Assembly (NCBI GenBank): GCA_937921725.1
Contig: CAKZUH010000019.1
Coordinates: 976-64,975, forward strand
Direction: 5' to 3'
DNA from: an uncultured Chloroflexota bacterium
Lineage (GTDB): Bacteria; Chloroflexota; Dormibacteria; Dormibacterales; Dormibacteraceae
DNA: 64,000 nucleotides
The position numbers and the translations under genes are program-made. A model generated the notes under the pieces. The model ran no database searches and was not told the DNA's origin. It saw only the letters and a list, made by a program, of their open reading frames with translations. How positions within the stretch are numbered: the first letter of the stretch is position 1; each line of letters opens with the position of its first letter. Below are positions 19,134 to 28,264 of the stretch, one piece after another.

Positions 19134-19173
19134 TTGTGCCCTGACTAGTTGTGCCCTAGCTAGCTAGTTGTGG
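19122..19173. repeat. Short tandem repeats (gccctNNNtagttgt x3) at convergent gene ends
   Basis: gccctggattagttgt / gccctgactagttgt / gccctagctagctagttgt. Includes the pepF stop (19131) and the stop plus last codons of the minus-strand gene (19164). Confidence 0.6.
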
Positions 19174-20057
19174 ATGATGTCGCGGAGCGGCCGGTGCGGG
19201 CCGAAACGCGGCGCGGCGATTCCGGCGAGGGTGATCAGCCGGATCACCCGGCCACGATGGCCGCGATAAGGCTCGAGCAGCTCGAGCATGCGCTCGTCCG
19301 TCGAGCGCGGAGTTCCGTCAAAGAGGTATCCGACCGCATGCGGCAGGTGGTAGTCGCCGATCGGGACGGCGTCCGCATCTCCCAGCGCCACCATCGCCAC
19401 CTTCGCGGCCGTCCAGGGTCCGACCCCGGGGAACGCCCGCATCCTCGAGTAGGCGCTGGGCAGGTCCATCGTCACGGTCTCCTCGAGCCGTTTCGCACTG
19501 CGCGCGGCGCGGATGATCACGTCGGCGCGGCGGCGCTCGATCCCAAAGCGGTGAAAGGCCCAGTAAGGGGTGCGCGAGAGAACATCGGGTGACGGCGGCA
19601 GGATCATCCGCGCCGGCCCTGGAGCCGGTTCACCGAGGGCGTAGACAAGGCGCCGGTATGAATCCCGCGCCTCGATGGTGGTGACCAATTGGCCGAGCAC
19701 CGCCGGGACCAGAGCCTCGAAGACCGCCTGGGTCCGCGGCATTCGCAGTCCAGGGGACTGCCGGTGCACGCGCGCGATCAAGGGGTGGGCGGGATCGAAG
19801 CCGCTGTCATCGTCCTGCGCGCCGCAAAGCACCGGCGCATGCTCAACCGACCACTCCGCGCCGGGGCCCCACGCCTCCACCGCAACCGACCCGTCGCGAG
19901 AGCGCAACATCATGGTGGCCGGTCCGAGCGGCGTTCGGGTCGCCCGCCAGATGGCTCCCTCTTGGTGTTGCAGCCAGGGCCCGGCACCAAGCGGGCCCAG
20001 GGTCAGGCCCAGGTCGAGCGCGCGTCCTGGTACGAATCGACCCTTGGCGTCCGCCAC
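19164..20057 (-). CDS. DNA-3-methyladenine glycosylase 2 family protein (AlkA-like)
   Basis: MRAFPGVGPWTAAKVAMVALGDADAVPIGDYHL HhH-GPD motif. 297 aa with an AlkA-like N-terminal domain. Confidence 0.8.
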   Translation of the reverse strand: MADAKGRFVPGRALDLGLTLGPLGAGPWLQHQEGAIWRATRTPLGPATMMLRSRDGSVAVEAWGPGAEWSVEHAPVLCGAQDDDSGFDPAHPLIARVHRQSPGLRMPRTQAVFEALVPAVLGQLVTTIEARDSYRRLVYALGEPAPGPARMILPPSPDVLSRTPYWAFHRFGIERRRADVIIRAARSAKRLEETVTMDLPSAYSRMRAFPGVGPWTAAKVAMVALGDADAVPIGDYHLPHAVGYLFDGTPRSTDERMLELLEPYRGHRGRVIRLITLAGIAAPRFGPHRPLRDIIHN

Positions 20058-20068
20058 GAAGCCTGAGG

Positions 20069-21838
20069 TTAGCTAGTGAGTGGCACCGTGAACGTGAAGG
20101 TGCTGCCGACGCCGACGCGGGAGTCGACGGTCAGGTCGCCGTCATGCATGAGGGCGATCTCTCGGGACAGCCACAGCCCAAGCCCCGTGCCCTGCACGTG
20201 CATCGAGGATTCGATGCGGCCAAATCGGGTGAACAGCATCGCCTGGTCCTCTTGCGCGATGCCGGTGCCGTGGTCGGTCACCGTGACGAAAGCTTTGTCG
20301 CCGTCGCGGCGGACGTCCACGTCGATGTCGGTTCCGGTCGGCGAATACTTCGCCGCGTTGCTGAGCAGGTTGCGCACCACGATCTGAAAGCGGTCGGGAT
20401 CGACCTCGGCCTCGATCGTTTGCACCGGCATGTCGACTTTCAGCTCGTGGCCGCTCAACAGCATCCTCACGCCGTCGATGGCCGAATCGGTCAGCTCGAC
20501 GATGTCGGTCCTCCGCCGCTTCAGCGCGAGGCGGCCTTCTTCGAGCCGAGAGGCTTCGATCATCTGCTCGATCATCCAGTTCACCTCATCCGATTTCGAG
20601 ATGAGGAGCGGCAGCACCGACCGCGCCTTCGGCGCAAGCTCGCCGAGCGCGCCGCTGTCGAGCATCGTCAGGTATCCCTTGATCACGGTCATCGGGCCAC
20701 GCAGCTCGTGGGACGCGATGTTCAAGAAGTCCGTCTTGGCGCGCTCCAGTGCAGCCACCTGTGTGTGCAGGCTCACGCGGTCCAGCCCCGCGCTGATGCT
20801 CGTCGCGTACTGGCGCAGCCGGCTCAGCTCGTCGTCACCGAAAAGTGGTGTCAACCGGCCCGTGACGATGATCATCGCCCCACGGCCCTGGCGCAGGTCG
20901 AGTGGCACGACCAGGTTTCGGCCGTCGCGCCATGGCGCCGGCCCGTGACCATCGACGGCCTCCTTCAGGAACTGAGACTTATCGCTCAACGATCGGGCGT
21001 CCGCAGAGCTGATGCCCCGCGCCGCGATCACCTGGTTGTCCGAATCCAGGACGAATGCGGCTTCGGCGCCGACGAGCCGCTCCCCCCAGCCCAGCGCGCG
21101 TTCGGCAAGCGTCGCGCGGTCCGGGCTGTACATCAACAGCTCGTGCAGGGCGTGGCGGAACTCGTCCTCTTCCGGCTGGCGCCAGATGCGGCGCAGCCAT
21201 ACCGGCGGGAAGAAGGCCACGTAGAGAACCGGCACGATGGCAAGCGCCGCCAGGTCGATCAGGACCGTGGCCAGGCCGTTGAGCGAGCCGGCCAGCGTCC
21301 CGACGACGATCACGATCAGTAGACCGGCGTAGCCGATGCTGATCGCCCGCAGCCGCGCCTTCTCGACCGCGGGCCTGCCCCGGGCCGCCACCCAGAAGGT
21401 GACGAGGGGCTCGAGGATGCAGAAGACCCACAGACCGACGAGAGTCGCCAGGACCAGCGTCTGCAGCGCTGAGTGAGGGCTGTCCGGATTTGCGGGCAGC
21501 TGAAGGGCGGTGGCGAGGAGACCGACCACCACGAGGGCCGCGGTCAGGGCGCGACGGGTGAGCGCCGCGTAAGGGAGGAACGAGTCCCGGAACATGAGCA
21601 GCCCGTAGCCCGAGGCCAGGAACAGGGCGACGCCGATATCCGTGACGACCTGCGATCCGGCGCTCGCTCCGCCCATGGCGGGCGCAAGGAGGATCAGGAC
21701 GGCAAGCGAGCCGAGGGCGAGCGCCAGGTAGCCGTGGCGGCGGTCCGGATGGAGCGTCCAGCTGACGGCGGTCCTGATCGCCAGGATCGCGAAGGCGATC
21801 TCGATGGCGAGCGACAGGACGAGGAGGAGTTCGGACAT
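20069..21838 (-). CDS. Sensor histidine kinase (multi-TM N-terminus, HisKA + HATPase_c)
   Basis: H-box FLNIASHELRGP, N-box LLSNAAKYS and G-box DHGTGI...GTGLGL. About 6-7 N-terminal TM helices. No adjacent response regulator. Confidence 0.88.
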   Translation of the reverse strand: MSELLLVLSLAIEIAFAILAIRTAVSWTLHPDRRHGYLALALGSLAVLILLAPAMGGASAGSQVVTDIGVALFLASGYGLLMFRDSFLPYAALTRRALTAALVVVGLLATALQLPANPDSPHSALQTLVLATLVGLWVFCILEPLVTFWVAARGRPAVEKARLRAISIGYAGLLIVIVVGTLAGSLNGLATVLIDLAALAIVPVLYVAFFPPVWLRRIWRQPEEDEFRHALHELLMYSPDRATLAERALGWGERLVGAEAAFVLDSDNQVIAARGISSADARSLSDKSQFLKEAVDGHGPAPWRDGRNLVVPLDLRQGRGAMIIVTGRLTPLFGDDELSRLRQYATSISAGLDRVSLHTQVAALERAKTDFLNIASHELRGPMTVIKGYLTMLDSGALGELAPKARSVLPLLISKSDEVNWMIEQMIEASRLEEGRLALKRRRTDIVELTDSAIDGVRMLLSGHELKVDMPVQTIEAEVDPDRFQIVVRNLLSNAAKYSPTGTDIDVDVRRDGDKAFVTVTDHGTGIAQEDQAMLFTRFGRIESSMHVQGTGLGLWLSREIALMHDGDLTVDSRVGVGSTFTFTVPLTS

Positions 21839-21926
21839 CAGCGGCTAATAGCCTACCTGACGATTTTTCAAAGACACCAGGTTTGGCGAACTGGTGGCTT
21901 ACCCGACGAAGCGACGGCGAGCTCGG

Positions 21927-22685
21927 TCAGCTCCCGGGCATAAGCAAGATCCCGTTCGGATCGATGACGGGCTCGTTCACGCGGCGGATCTCGAAGCCGC
22001 GCAGGCCCCGGACGTCAGGCGTGACCTGCGCCGCGCTCCGGCCCTCCAGAAGGTTGATCCCGAGGTGGTGGTGGTAGCCGTCCCAGCTCATGAACCGCAT
22101 GATGCCGCCGGCCTCGGCCATCAGCTCCATCCCCAAACCCTCATAGAAGGCCTGGCTGGCGTCCAGGTCGGACACGTTCAGGTGCATGTGGCCCAGCACG
22201 GTGGCCGCGGGGAACTTTTTCTCGGGCTTGGCGGCGATGCGAAGCAGGCGCTCGAAATCAAGGTGGTCCGTCCCGATGTTGAGGCGCCCGCCCGGGTACT
22301 GCCACTCGCTCCGCGGCCTGTCCGCGTACACCTCGATGCCGTTGCCTTCCGGGTCATCGAAATAGAGCGCCTGGCTCACGAAATGGTCGGCCGTGCCGGT
22401 CAGAGGAAGCCTCGCCTCGAGGGTTCGCTGGAGGAACCCACCGAGCGTCTCCTCGTCGGGTAGCAGGACGGCGAAGTGGTAGAGGCCCGCGGTACGGCGC
22501 GGCCGCTCCTTGCCTCCGGGGAGGGCGGTCAGATTCACGAGAGGCGAGGCGTCGACGCCCATGACCGCGGTGCCGGCGCCGGCGCTCAGCTTCGTCAGCC
22601 CGAACGATTCGTAGAAGGCGGTCTCCCGCTGGAGGTCGAGGACCTTCAGCTCGAGGGCGCCCAGCGGCCAGTCGGTATCACTCAT
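21927..22685 (-). CDS. VOC/glyoxalase-family protein (two-domain, extradiol dioxygenase-like)
   Basis: Two tandem glyoxalase/bleomycin-resistance-like modules (LYHFAVL..., LGHMHLNVSDL...). Confidence 0.82.
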   Translation of the reverse strand: MSDTDWPLGALELKVLDLQRETAFYESFGLTKLSAGAGTAVMGVDASPLVNLTALPGGKERPRRTAGLYHFAVLLPDEETLGGFLQRTLEARLPLTGTADHFVSQALYFDDPEGNGIEVYADRPRSEWQYPGGRLNIGTDHLDFERLLRIAAKPEKKFPAATVLGHMHLNVSDLDASQAFYEGLGMELMAEAGGIMRFMSWDGYHHHLGINLLEGRSAAQVTPDVRGLRGFEIRRVNEPVIDPNGILLMPGS

Positions 22686-22689
22686 CCCT

Positions 22690-22999
22690 CTACAACTTAG
22701 GCGTCAGAGCATCGGTGAGGCTGACCAGCACGAAGAGGAGCACCAGGAGAACCACGAACTCGATTGCGATCAGCACCAACGGGTGGGTGATCAGCCATGC
22801 GACCGTTCCGTCGCGTCAGGACTCCATCCGCGACCACGAGCTCTTCGCGCTGGAACACCAGCAGAACCACCAACAACGTGATGACGATCAGGGAGGCGTA
22901 GAAGACGGCAACCATGTCTCGCTCCGCAGGGCCGCCACGCCTCCAAGCGGCCCAAACGTTGATCGCGGAGTAGACAACGATCACGACCACGACAGTCAT
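22690..22999 (-). pseudogene. Small membrane protein, apparently frameshifted
   Basis: ATG 22999 gives two TM helices, then LVVADGVLTRR. After about 22815..22797 the called frame turns into Arg/Gly/Pro junk. The +1 frame instead reads a clean TM helix, WLITHPLVLIAIEFVVLLVLLFVLVSLTDALTPKL, with its stop at 22690. Confidence 0.4.
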
Positions 23000-23052
23000 G
23001 AATCGATTGCGCCACGTGTGAAACGACGGACGGATGACGAGGTCCTTCCGCT

Positions 23053-23784
23053 TCAGTACCAGTAGTTGGGACCCTCCGAGCGCGCGCCGGGCGGATCCAC
23101 TTCGACGCCTTTCGGGCCTGCGAGTCTCCTCACCTCTGACTCCACCCGGGCGATGAATGCGTCGTAGTCCTCGCCCGGCTCCGGACCCAAGGGGGGCCCG
23201 AACGTCACCGTGACGCGGCCGGGCCTGGGAACGCGGCGGAACCGCGGCATCACGGCGTACATGCCATCCACATAAGCGGGCACGACCGGCACTCCGACGT
23301 CCACCGCGAGGATCGCCGCGCCCTTGCGAAAAGCCCCGATCGCGCCGGTGACGCTCAGGCGCCCTTCCGGAAAGATGATCACGGACCAGTTCTTCTTGAG
23401 CAGCTCCTTGAGATATTCGAGGTGAGGCCTCGCGCCACCTCCTCGGGGGATCGGGAAGGCATCGACGGTCACCTGCGCGAGCCGTGCCTCCCATTTGCGC
23501 TTGAAGATCGAGTCCGCCGCCGCGACGACCACAGAGCGGTGCCTGTACCGGGAAGGGAGCGCCTCGGCCATCACCACCGCGTCGAGCGCGCTGACGTGGT
23601 TGGCGACGAAGATGGCCGGGCCATTGAGCGCTTGGAGGTGCTCCCGATCGCGGACGGCCAGGCGGCAGAAGTTGGAGAGGGCGGGAAACAAGAGCGTGGA
23701 CTGGAGAGCCGCGCGCATCCGGCGCATGCCCCTCGTCCTGGCCCACAGAGCGGTGTCCAGCGCCCCGGCTTCCAAGTTGCGCAT
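23053..23784 (-). CDS. plsC: 1-acyl-sn-glycerol-3-phosphate acyltransferase
   Basis: NHVSALD (HX4D) and FPEGRLS acyltransferase motifs. Confidence 0.88.
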   Translation of the reverse strand: MRNLEAGALDTALWARTRGMRRMRAALQSTLLFPALSNFCRLAVRDREHLQALNGPAIFVANHVSALDAVVMAEALPSRYRHRSVVVAAADSIFKRKWEARLAQVTVDAFPIPRGGGARPHLEYLKELLKKNWSVIIFPEGRLSVTGAIGAFRKGAAILAVDVGVPVVPAYVDGMYAVMPRFRRVPRPGRVTVTFGPPLGPEPGEDYDAFIARVESEVRRLAGPKGVEVDPPGARSEGPNYWY

Positions 23785-24034
23785 GAGTGTATGCGTGCCG
23801 GTGCCCGGAGGTTGAAACCCATTTGAATGCTTCGTTGGCGACGAAGGTGGGCTAGCGGTCCGTTGTCCCTCGACGAGGCCTGGATTGTGATGACGTCCGC
23901 GACGCGCGAGCTTTGATCCAGAGGAACAGCGTCAAAAGCAGAATTGGAGGCGCCAGGAACGCGGTGAGCAGGATCGTGCCGGCGAGAGCACCCGCTACAG
24001 GATCAGCGCGTTTTGGGAGCAATGCCAGGATTCT

Positions 24035-25663
24035 CTACCATGCGCCTTCTCGGCGCAGCGCTGACGGCCTGGCGTCGGGGTCGTAGACCGTCCGGTAGAA
24101 GGGCTCCGCCCACAGCCGGCTCCAGCGCGAGAGGTGCACGCGGGGGTGCGGTCTCACCCGCCCCGGCGGCCGTGTGCCCCGTTGGCCGCCCGCGTGCCAC
24201 CGTTCCAGGTCGAGCGCGGCCTCGCGGAACTTCGCCACCGCCGCGGCGGGATCGAGCAGATCTCGATCGTCCCCGTCCTCCCGGCCGAGGTGCTCGCGCC
24301 ACAGTTGCAGTCGCAGGTCACGGGCGAACTTGCGGGCTCCGTCGCCGAGGCCGGCCGGATCGATGGGGTCGCGAGGGTCGCGTGTGGCGTCCACCACCGC
24401 GCAAGCGATCTCGGAGTCGTGGCTCCACGACCGTCGATTGAAGTTGTCCGATCCGACAGACGCCCACACGTCGTCGATCACGCTGATCTTGGCGTGAACG
24501 TAAACAGGAACGCCGGCAAGGTTCTCGATGTCGTAGATCGCGACACGGTCGCCCGCCGCATCGAGCAGCACGCTCACAGCGTGCTCCCGCCCCACCTGGT
24601 TTGGTCGCAGGGTAAGCGCTCCGGCCTGGTCGAAGAATCTCGGGACGATCGCGATGAGGTGCAGTGACGGATGCGCCACCAGGGCGGCGGCAAAGATCTT
24701 CGCCACATCGGTCGACCAGAGAAACTGGTCTTCGATGTAAATCAGGCGGCGTGCTCTCGCGATCGCCTTGCGAAATCCGCGGGCGACGCTTCGCTCGCCC
24801 TGGGGAGCGAAGGGATAGCCGCCGCGACGGCGCGCGTAAGTGCGAAGCACCTGCACGGCGTGAGTCCCGCGCGGCGCGGGGTCGTCTTCCATTGGCGGCA
24901 AGGCGCTTGCCTTTCGATGCGTGTGCCGCAGCAGGTCATGCACGATCCCGAGGGGATCGCGGCTCAGCGGGCTTCGGTCATCCCAGCGTTCGCGGAAACA
25001 GAATTCCAGGTCCCCGACGGCCGGACCCTGGACCGCGAGCTGCGCGTCATGCCAAGGAGGGGTTGGCCCGTACACCGGCGCCATCGCCTGGCGCTGCCGG
25101 TCGCCGTGATGATCGGCATCGTCGCGCCGGCTGTGACAGAGATCGATGCCGCCGACGAAGGCAACGTCGTTCTCGGCTCCCCCCGCGTGGCGGATGACGA
25201 CGAGCTTCTGATGATGGGAGCCACCGAGTCGCACCCGCTGGTCGAGCAGCACCTCGCCGCCCGCCGCGTTGACCTGCTGGCCCAGGTGGCGGTTCTCCTT
25301 GGCGCTGAAACCGAGCCTGTCCTGGTGAGAGCGCCAGAGCAATCCTTTGACGATCACGCCGCGCCGAGCGGCCGCGGCGACAACCGCTCCTATCTCCGAA
25401 TCCGGATCGTCGCTCAGACGTTGATCCGGGTCGCCACGCCAATCCGTGAAGTACAACCGGTCGCCCGCGCCCAGCTCGCGAATCGCTTCCAGCAGCCGGC
25501 GGAAGTAGGCGGCTCCATGGACCAGCACCTCGACCCGGTTTCCGGCGCTCCAGGCCAACCGGTCCGGACGCCGGCGGTCGAGCGCGCTGAAGTCATTGCC
25601 ACGTTCAGCATCAGTGAGAAACCAGACCTCCGGGTCCTCGACAGGCGCCGGCTCGGATTGCAT
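24035..25663 (-). CDS. Phospholipase D-family protein (two HKD motifs)
   Basis: HHQKLVVI...GGIDL and HAKISVIDD..ASVGSDNFNRRS. 542 aa with no TM segment. Confidence 0.9.
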   Translation of the reverse strand: MQSEPAPVEDPEVWFLTDAERGNDFSALDRRRPDRLAWSAGNRVEVLVHGAAYFRRLLEAIRELGAGDRLYFTDWRGDPDQRLSDDPDSEIGAVVAAAARRGVIVKGLLWRSHQDRLGFSAKENRHLGQQVNAAGGEVLLDQRVRLGGSHHQKLVVIRHAGGAENDVAFVGGIDLCHSRRDDADHHGDRQRQAMAPVYGPTPPWHDAQLAVQGPAVGDLEFCFRERWDDRSPLSRDPLGIVHDLLRHTHRKASALPPMEDDPAPRGTHAVQVLRTYARRRGGYPFAPQGERSVARGFRKAIARARRLIYIEDQFLWSTDVAKIFAAALVAHPSLHLIAIVPRFFDQAGALTLRPNQVGREHAVSVLLDAAGDRVAIYDIENLAGVPVYVHAKISVIDDVWASVGSDNFNRRSWSHDSEIACAVVDATRDPRDPIDPAGLGDGARKFARDLRLQLWREHLGREDGDDRDLLDPAAAVAKFREAALDLERWHAGGQRGTRPPGRVRPHPRVHLSRWSRLWAEPFYRTVYDPDARPSALRREGAW

Positions 25664-25777
25664 CGCATGAACGATAGCCAGCGGCCTGTTACGGCGATTG
25701 TTTCCGCCCTCGGTGCATCCTGAATCACGTGTATGGGTTGATCGCCGAGGTCAGCGAACTTGCATCGCCGGAGGTGA

Positions 25778-26650
25778 TTGCGCCGAAGAGGCGAATCACG
25801 GCCGCCTGAGATGGCAACCGTCAATTCGGGTCGTAACGCCGTCAAACGAGCAGCCGGCAACCCGCTGCTCGAGCTGCTGGAGCGCCTTGGATACCTGGTC
25901 CGTGGCGGCCTCTACGCCGTGATGGGGCTGCTTGCGCTGGGTCTGACGCTCGGGATCGGCGGCCAGACCACCGATCTGTCGGGAAGCCTGGTGTTCTCGA
26001 TCAACAACCCTTTCGGCAAGCTCGTCCTGATCGTTACCGCGGTCGGCCTGGCGGCGTACTCGCTGTGGGGATTCACGCGGGCGATCTACGACCCGCTGCA
26101 CCGTGGCAGAGGCGCATCAGGCTACGCGGCGAGGCTTGGCTTCGTCTCGAGCGCTGTCTCCTACGCCGCGATCGTGTTCTTCGCCCTCCAAATCCTTTTT
26201 GGGTCTGGCGGAGCTGCCGGCGACGGCACGCAGAAGTCGATAGCGGCGATCCTCACCCACCCGGGTGGTGGCCCGTTGACGGTCGTCATCGGCCTTGTCG
26301 CGATCTTGATCGGTCTCGGGCAGTTCCTCGAGGCCTATCGAGCCACCTTCAAGGAGGACCTAAAGAGCGCCGAGATGACCGCCTCGGAAAGGAACATCGC
26401 AATTGGGCTCGGCCGGTTCGGGATGTTCGCCCGCGGCGTTATCTTCCTGGTGATCGGATGGTTTCTCGTCCAGGCGGGCTTCCACCACGACGCGGGCCAG
26501 GCCCAGGGCTTCGGTGGCGCTTTCATGTTCCTCTTGGGCCAGCCCTTCGGACGATTGCTCTTGGGCATCATCGCGCTCGGGTTCGTTGCGCTCGGCCTCC
26601 ATTCCTTCGCGTGCGCGCGCTGGATCAAGTTGATGGGCAGCTCCGCCTGA
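25778..26650 (+). CDS. DUF1206-like integral membrane protein
   Basis: Repeated paired-TM modules (GYLVRGGLYAVMG, ARGVIFLVIGWFL). The start may be ATG 25811. Confidence 0.72.
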   Translation: MRRRGESRPPEMATVNSGRNAVKRAAGNPLLELLERLGYLVRGGLYAVMGLLALGLTLGIGGQTTDLSGSLVFSINNPFGKLVLIVTAVGLAAYSLWGFTRAIYDPLHRGRGASGYAARLGFVSSAVSYAAIVFFALQILFGSGGAAGDGTQKSIAAILTHPGGGPLTVVIGLVAILIGLGQFLEAYRATFKEDLKSAEMTASERNIAIGLGRFGMFARGVIFLVIGWFLVQAGFHHDAGQAQGFGGAFMFLLGQPFGRLLLGIIALGFVALGLHSFACARWIKLMGSSA

Positions 26651-26651
26651 T

Positions 26652-27527
26652 ATGAGCACGAGCACCGCCCGGCGGCGAACCAGCGCCAAACGCGCGACCA
26701 GCTTGGTGATCCTGAGCTCCAAGGCAGGCTCCATGACCCCCGAGATCGAAGACAAGGTTCGCAAAGCGTTCGCCGGCAGCCTCGTCGTCGAATTCGACCC
26801 GAAGATGGACCTGGAAAAGCTGATGTCGCCCGATGCCGCTGTCGTGGTGGCGGGTGGCGACGGGACCGTCGGGTGGGTGGTTCGCGCGCTCGTGGACACG
26901 AAGCACCCGCTCGGCATTCTCTCGATGGGCACCTTCAACAACTTCGCGAAGTCGCTGCACCTGCCGACGACCATCGATGCCGCCATCCGCGTCGTCAAGA
27001 CCGGGAAACCACATCCGATCACGCTGGGCCGCTTGAACGGGAAGGTTTTCCTGGAGGCGGCCGCGATCGGTCTGTTCGGTGAGACCATCGCCGCCGGGGA
27101 GTCGGCGAAAGACCGGGCCTTCGGAGCGTTCGCCGAGGACCTCAAGCACGTCATGGAGGCGAGTCCGTTCACCTACGAGCTCACCGGTGACATCAGAGGC
27201 AGCGGTTCATGCATGTCCCTCGTCTTCACCAACACGAACTCGATCGGCTCGCAGATGCCCGTCAGCGACAAGACTCCTGTCGACCCCTACCTGGAGCTTT
27301 CCGTGCACGCAGGCAAAAGCCGCACGGACGTCGTCAAGCGCGTTCTTGCCCGGGTCGTGCTTTCCAAGCACGGGGAGGGAGGCCTGGGCCAGGTGTTCAA
27401 GTTCCGCAAATTGGAAGTGGTCACCAAGCCGAAGGTCCGCATCTACGCCGACAACGCACAGCTTGGCCGTACCCCGGCCACGATCACCGCCGAGCTGAGC
27501 GCGCTGCAAGTGATCCTCCCCCGATGA
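26652..27527 (+). CDS. Diacylglycerol-kinase-family lipid kinase (YegS/BmrU-like)
   Basis: VVVAGGDGTVGWVV catalytic-domain motif. Starts 1 nt after the DUF1206 stop. Confidence 0.88.
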   Translation: MSTSTARRRTSAKRATSLVILSSKAGSMTPEIEDKVRKAFAGSLVVEFDPKMDLEKLMSPDAAVVVAGGDGTVGWVVRALVDTKHPLGILSMGTFNNFAKSLHLPTTIDAAIRVVKTGKPHPITLGRLNGKVFLEAAAIGLFGETIAAGESAKDRAFGAFAEDLKHVMEASPFTYELTGDIRGSGSCMSLVFTNTNSIGSQMPVSDKTPVDPYLELSVHAGKSRTDVVKRVLARVVLSKHGEGGLGQVFKFRKLEVVTKPKVRIYADNAQLGRTPATITAELSALQVILPR

Positions 27528-28264
27528 GTGCGCTCCCCAAGGACACGGCGGCACCTCTCGCCGAGCCCAAGCAGGCTGCGGCGGAGGTCCTGGCGGGTCG
27601 ACCGGGGCCGACCGCCAGGCGCTGGCTCGGACCGACCGCCCTGGTCGTCTTCGTCCTCTTCGCGATCGACACCTACCTGGTCATCCAGAACGACGTGCTT
27701 CCGTTCGACGTCCCGATCGCCACGTTCATCCAGCAGGTCAATTGGGGCCCGGTCGTCTACCCCATGGAGCTGATCAACGCGAGCGCCGGCATCTGGCAGG
27801 TCCTGATAGGCGCCGTTGCGGTGATTGCGCTGTTCGTCCTCGAGCGCCGCGCCGGCTGGCTGATGTTGATCGGCAGCGTCTCGAGCGGGCTCGACAACGT
27901 GATCAAGTTGGTGATCTCGCGACAGCGTCCGCCCGCCGACCTGGTGCACATCCTGTCCCCGACGACCGGCTTCAGCTATCCCAGCGGGCACGCGGTCTTT
28001 TTCACGTGGATGAGCTTCATGATCGCCGTGTCCGTCGTCCCCAAGATCAGGCCTGCCTACCGGCCGCTGGTATGGATCTTCGCCGCGATCGTGATCGTGC
28101 TCACCTGCATCGCCAGGGTGTGGGCGGGCGCCCACTGGCCCAGCGACGTGATCGGCGGCGTGCTCCTCGGAATAGGCTGGTCGGCCTTCGTGCTGTGGCT
28201 TCCGGAACGTTGGCTGCCGTCCCCATCGTTCAAATGGTTTCGCAGGAGGCGCACAGCTGCGTGA
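27524..28264 (+). CDS. PAP2-family lipid phosphatase (1 of 3)
   Basis: KLVISRQRP / PSGH / ARVWAGAHWPSD are the tripartite PAP2 motifs. ATGA overlap with the kinase gene. Confidence 0.88.
   Translation: MSALPKDTAAPLAEPKQAAAEVLAGRPGPTARRWLGPTALVVFVLFAIDTYLVIQNDVLPFDVPIATFIQQVNWGPVVYPMELINASAGIWQVLIGAVAVIALFVLERRAGWLMLIGSVSSGLDNVIKLVISRQRPPADLVHILSPTTGFSYPSGHAVFFTWMSFMIAVSVVPKIRPAYRPLVWIFAAIVIVLTCIARVWAGAHWPSDVIGGVLLGIGWSAFVLWLPERWLPSPSFKWFRRRRTAA

Noticed and set aside
22715-23065. 116-aa plus-strand ORF between the VOC and plsC genes.
   Set aside because: Its composition is highly charged and His/Asp/Arg-rich with no structure-like pattern. The opposite strand encodes coherent TM helices with better codon bias.
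24035-25663. PLD-family protein as a nuclease-type defence gene.
   Set aside because: Its neighbours are all lipid-metabolism enzymes (PlsC, DAG kinase and PAP2s). No helicase, methylase or other defence partners are nearby.
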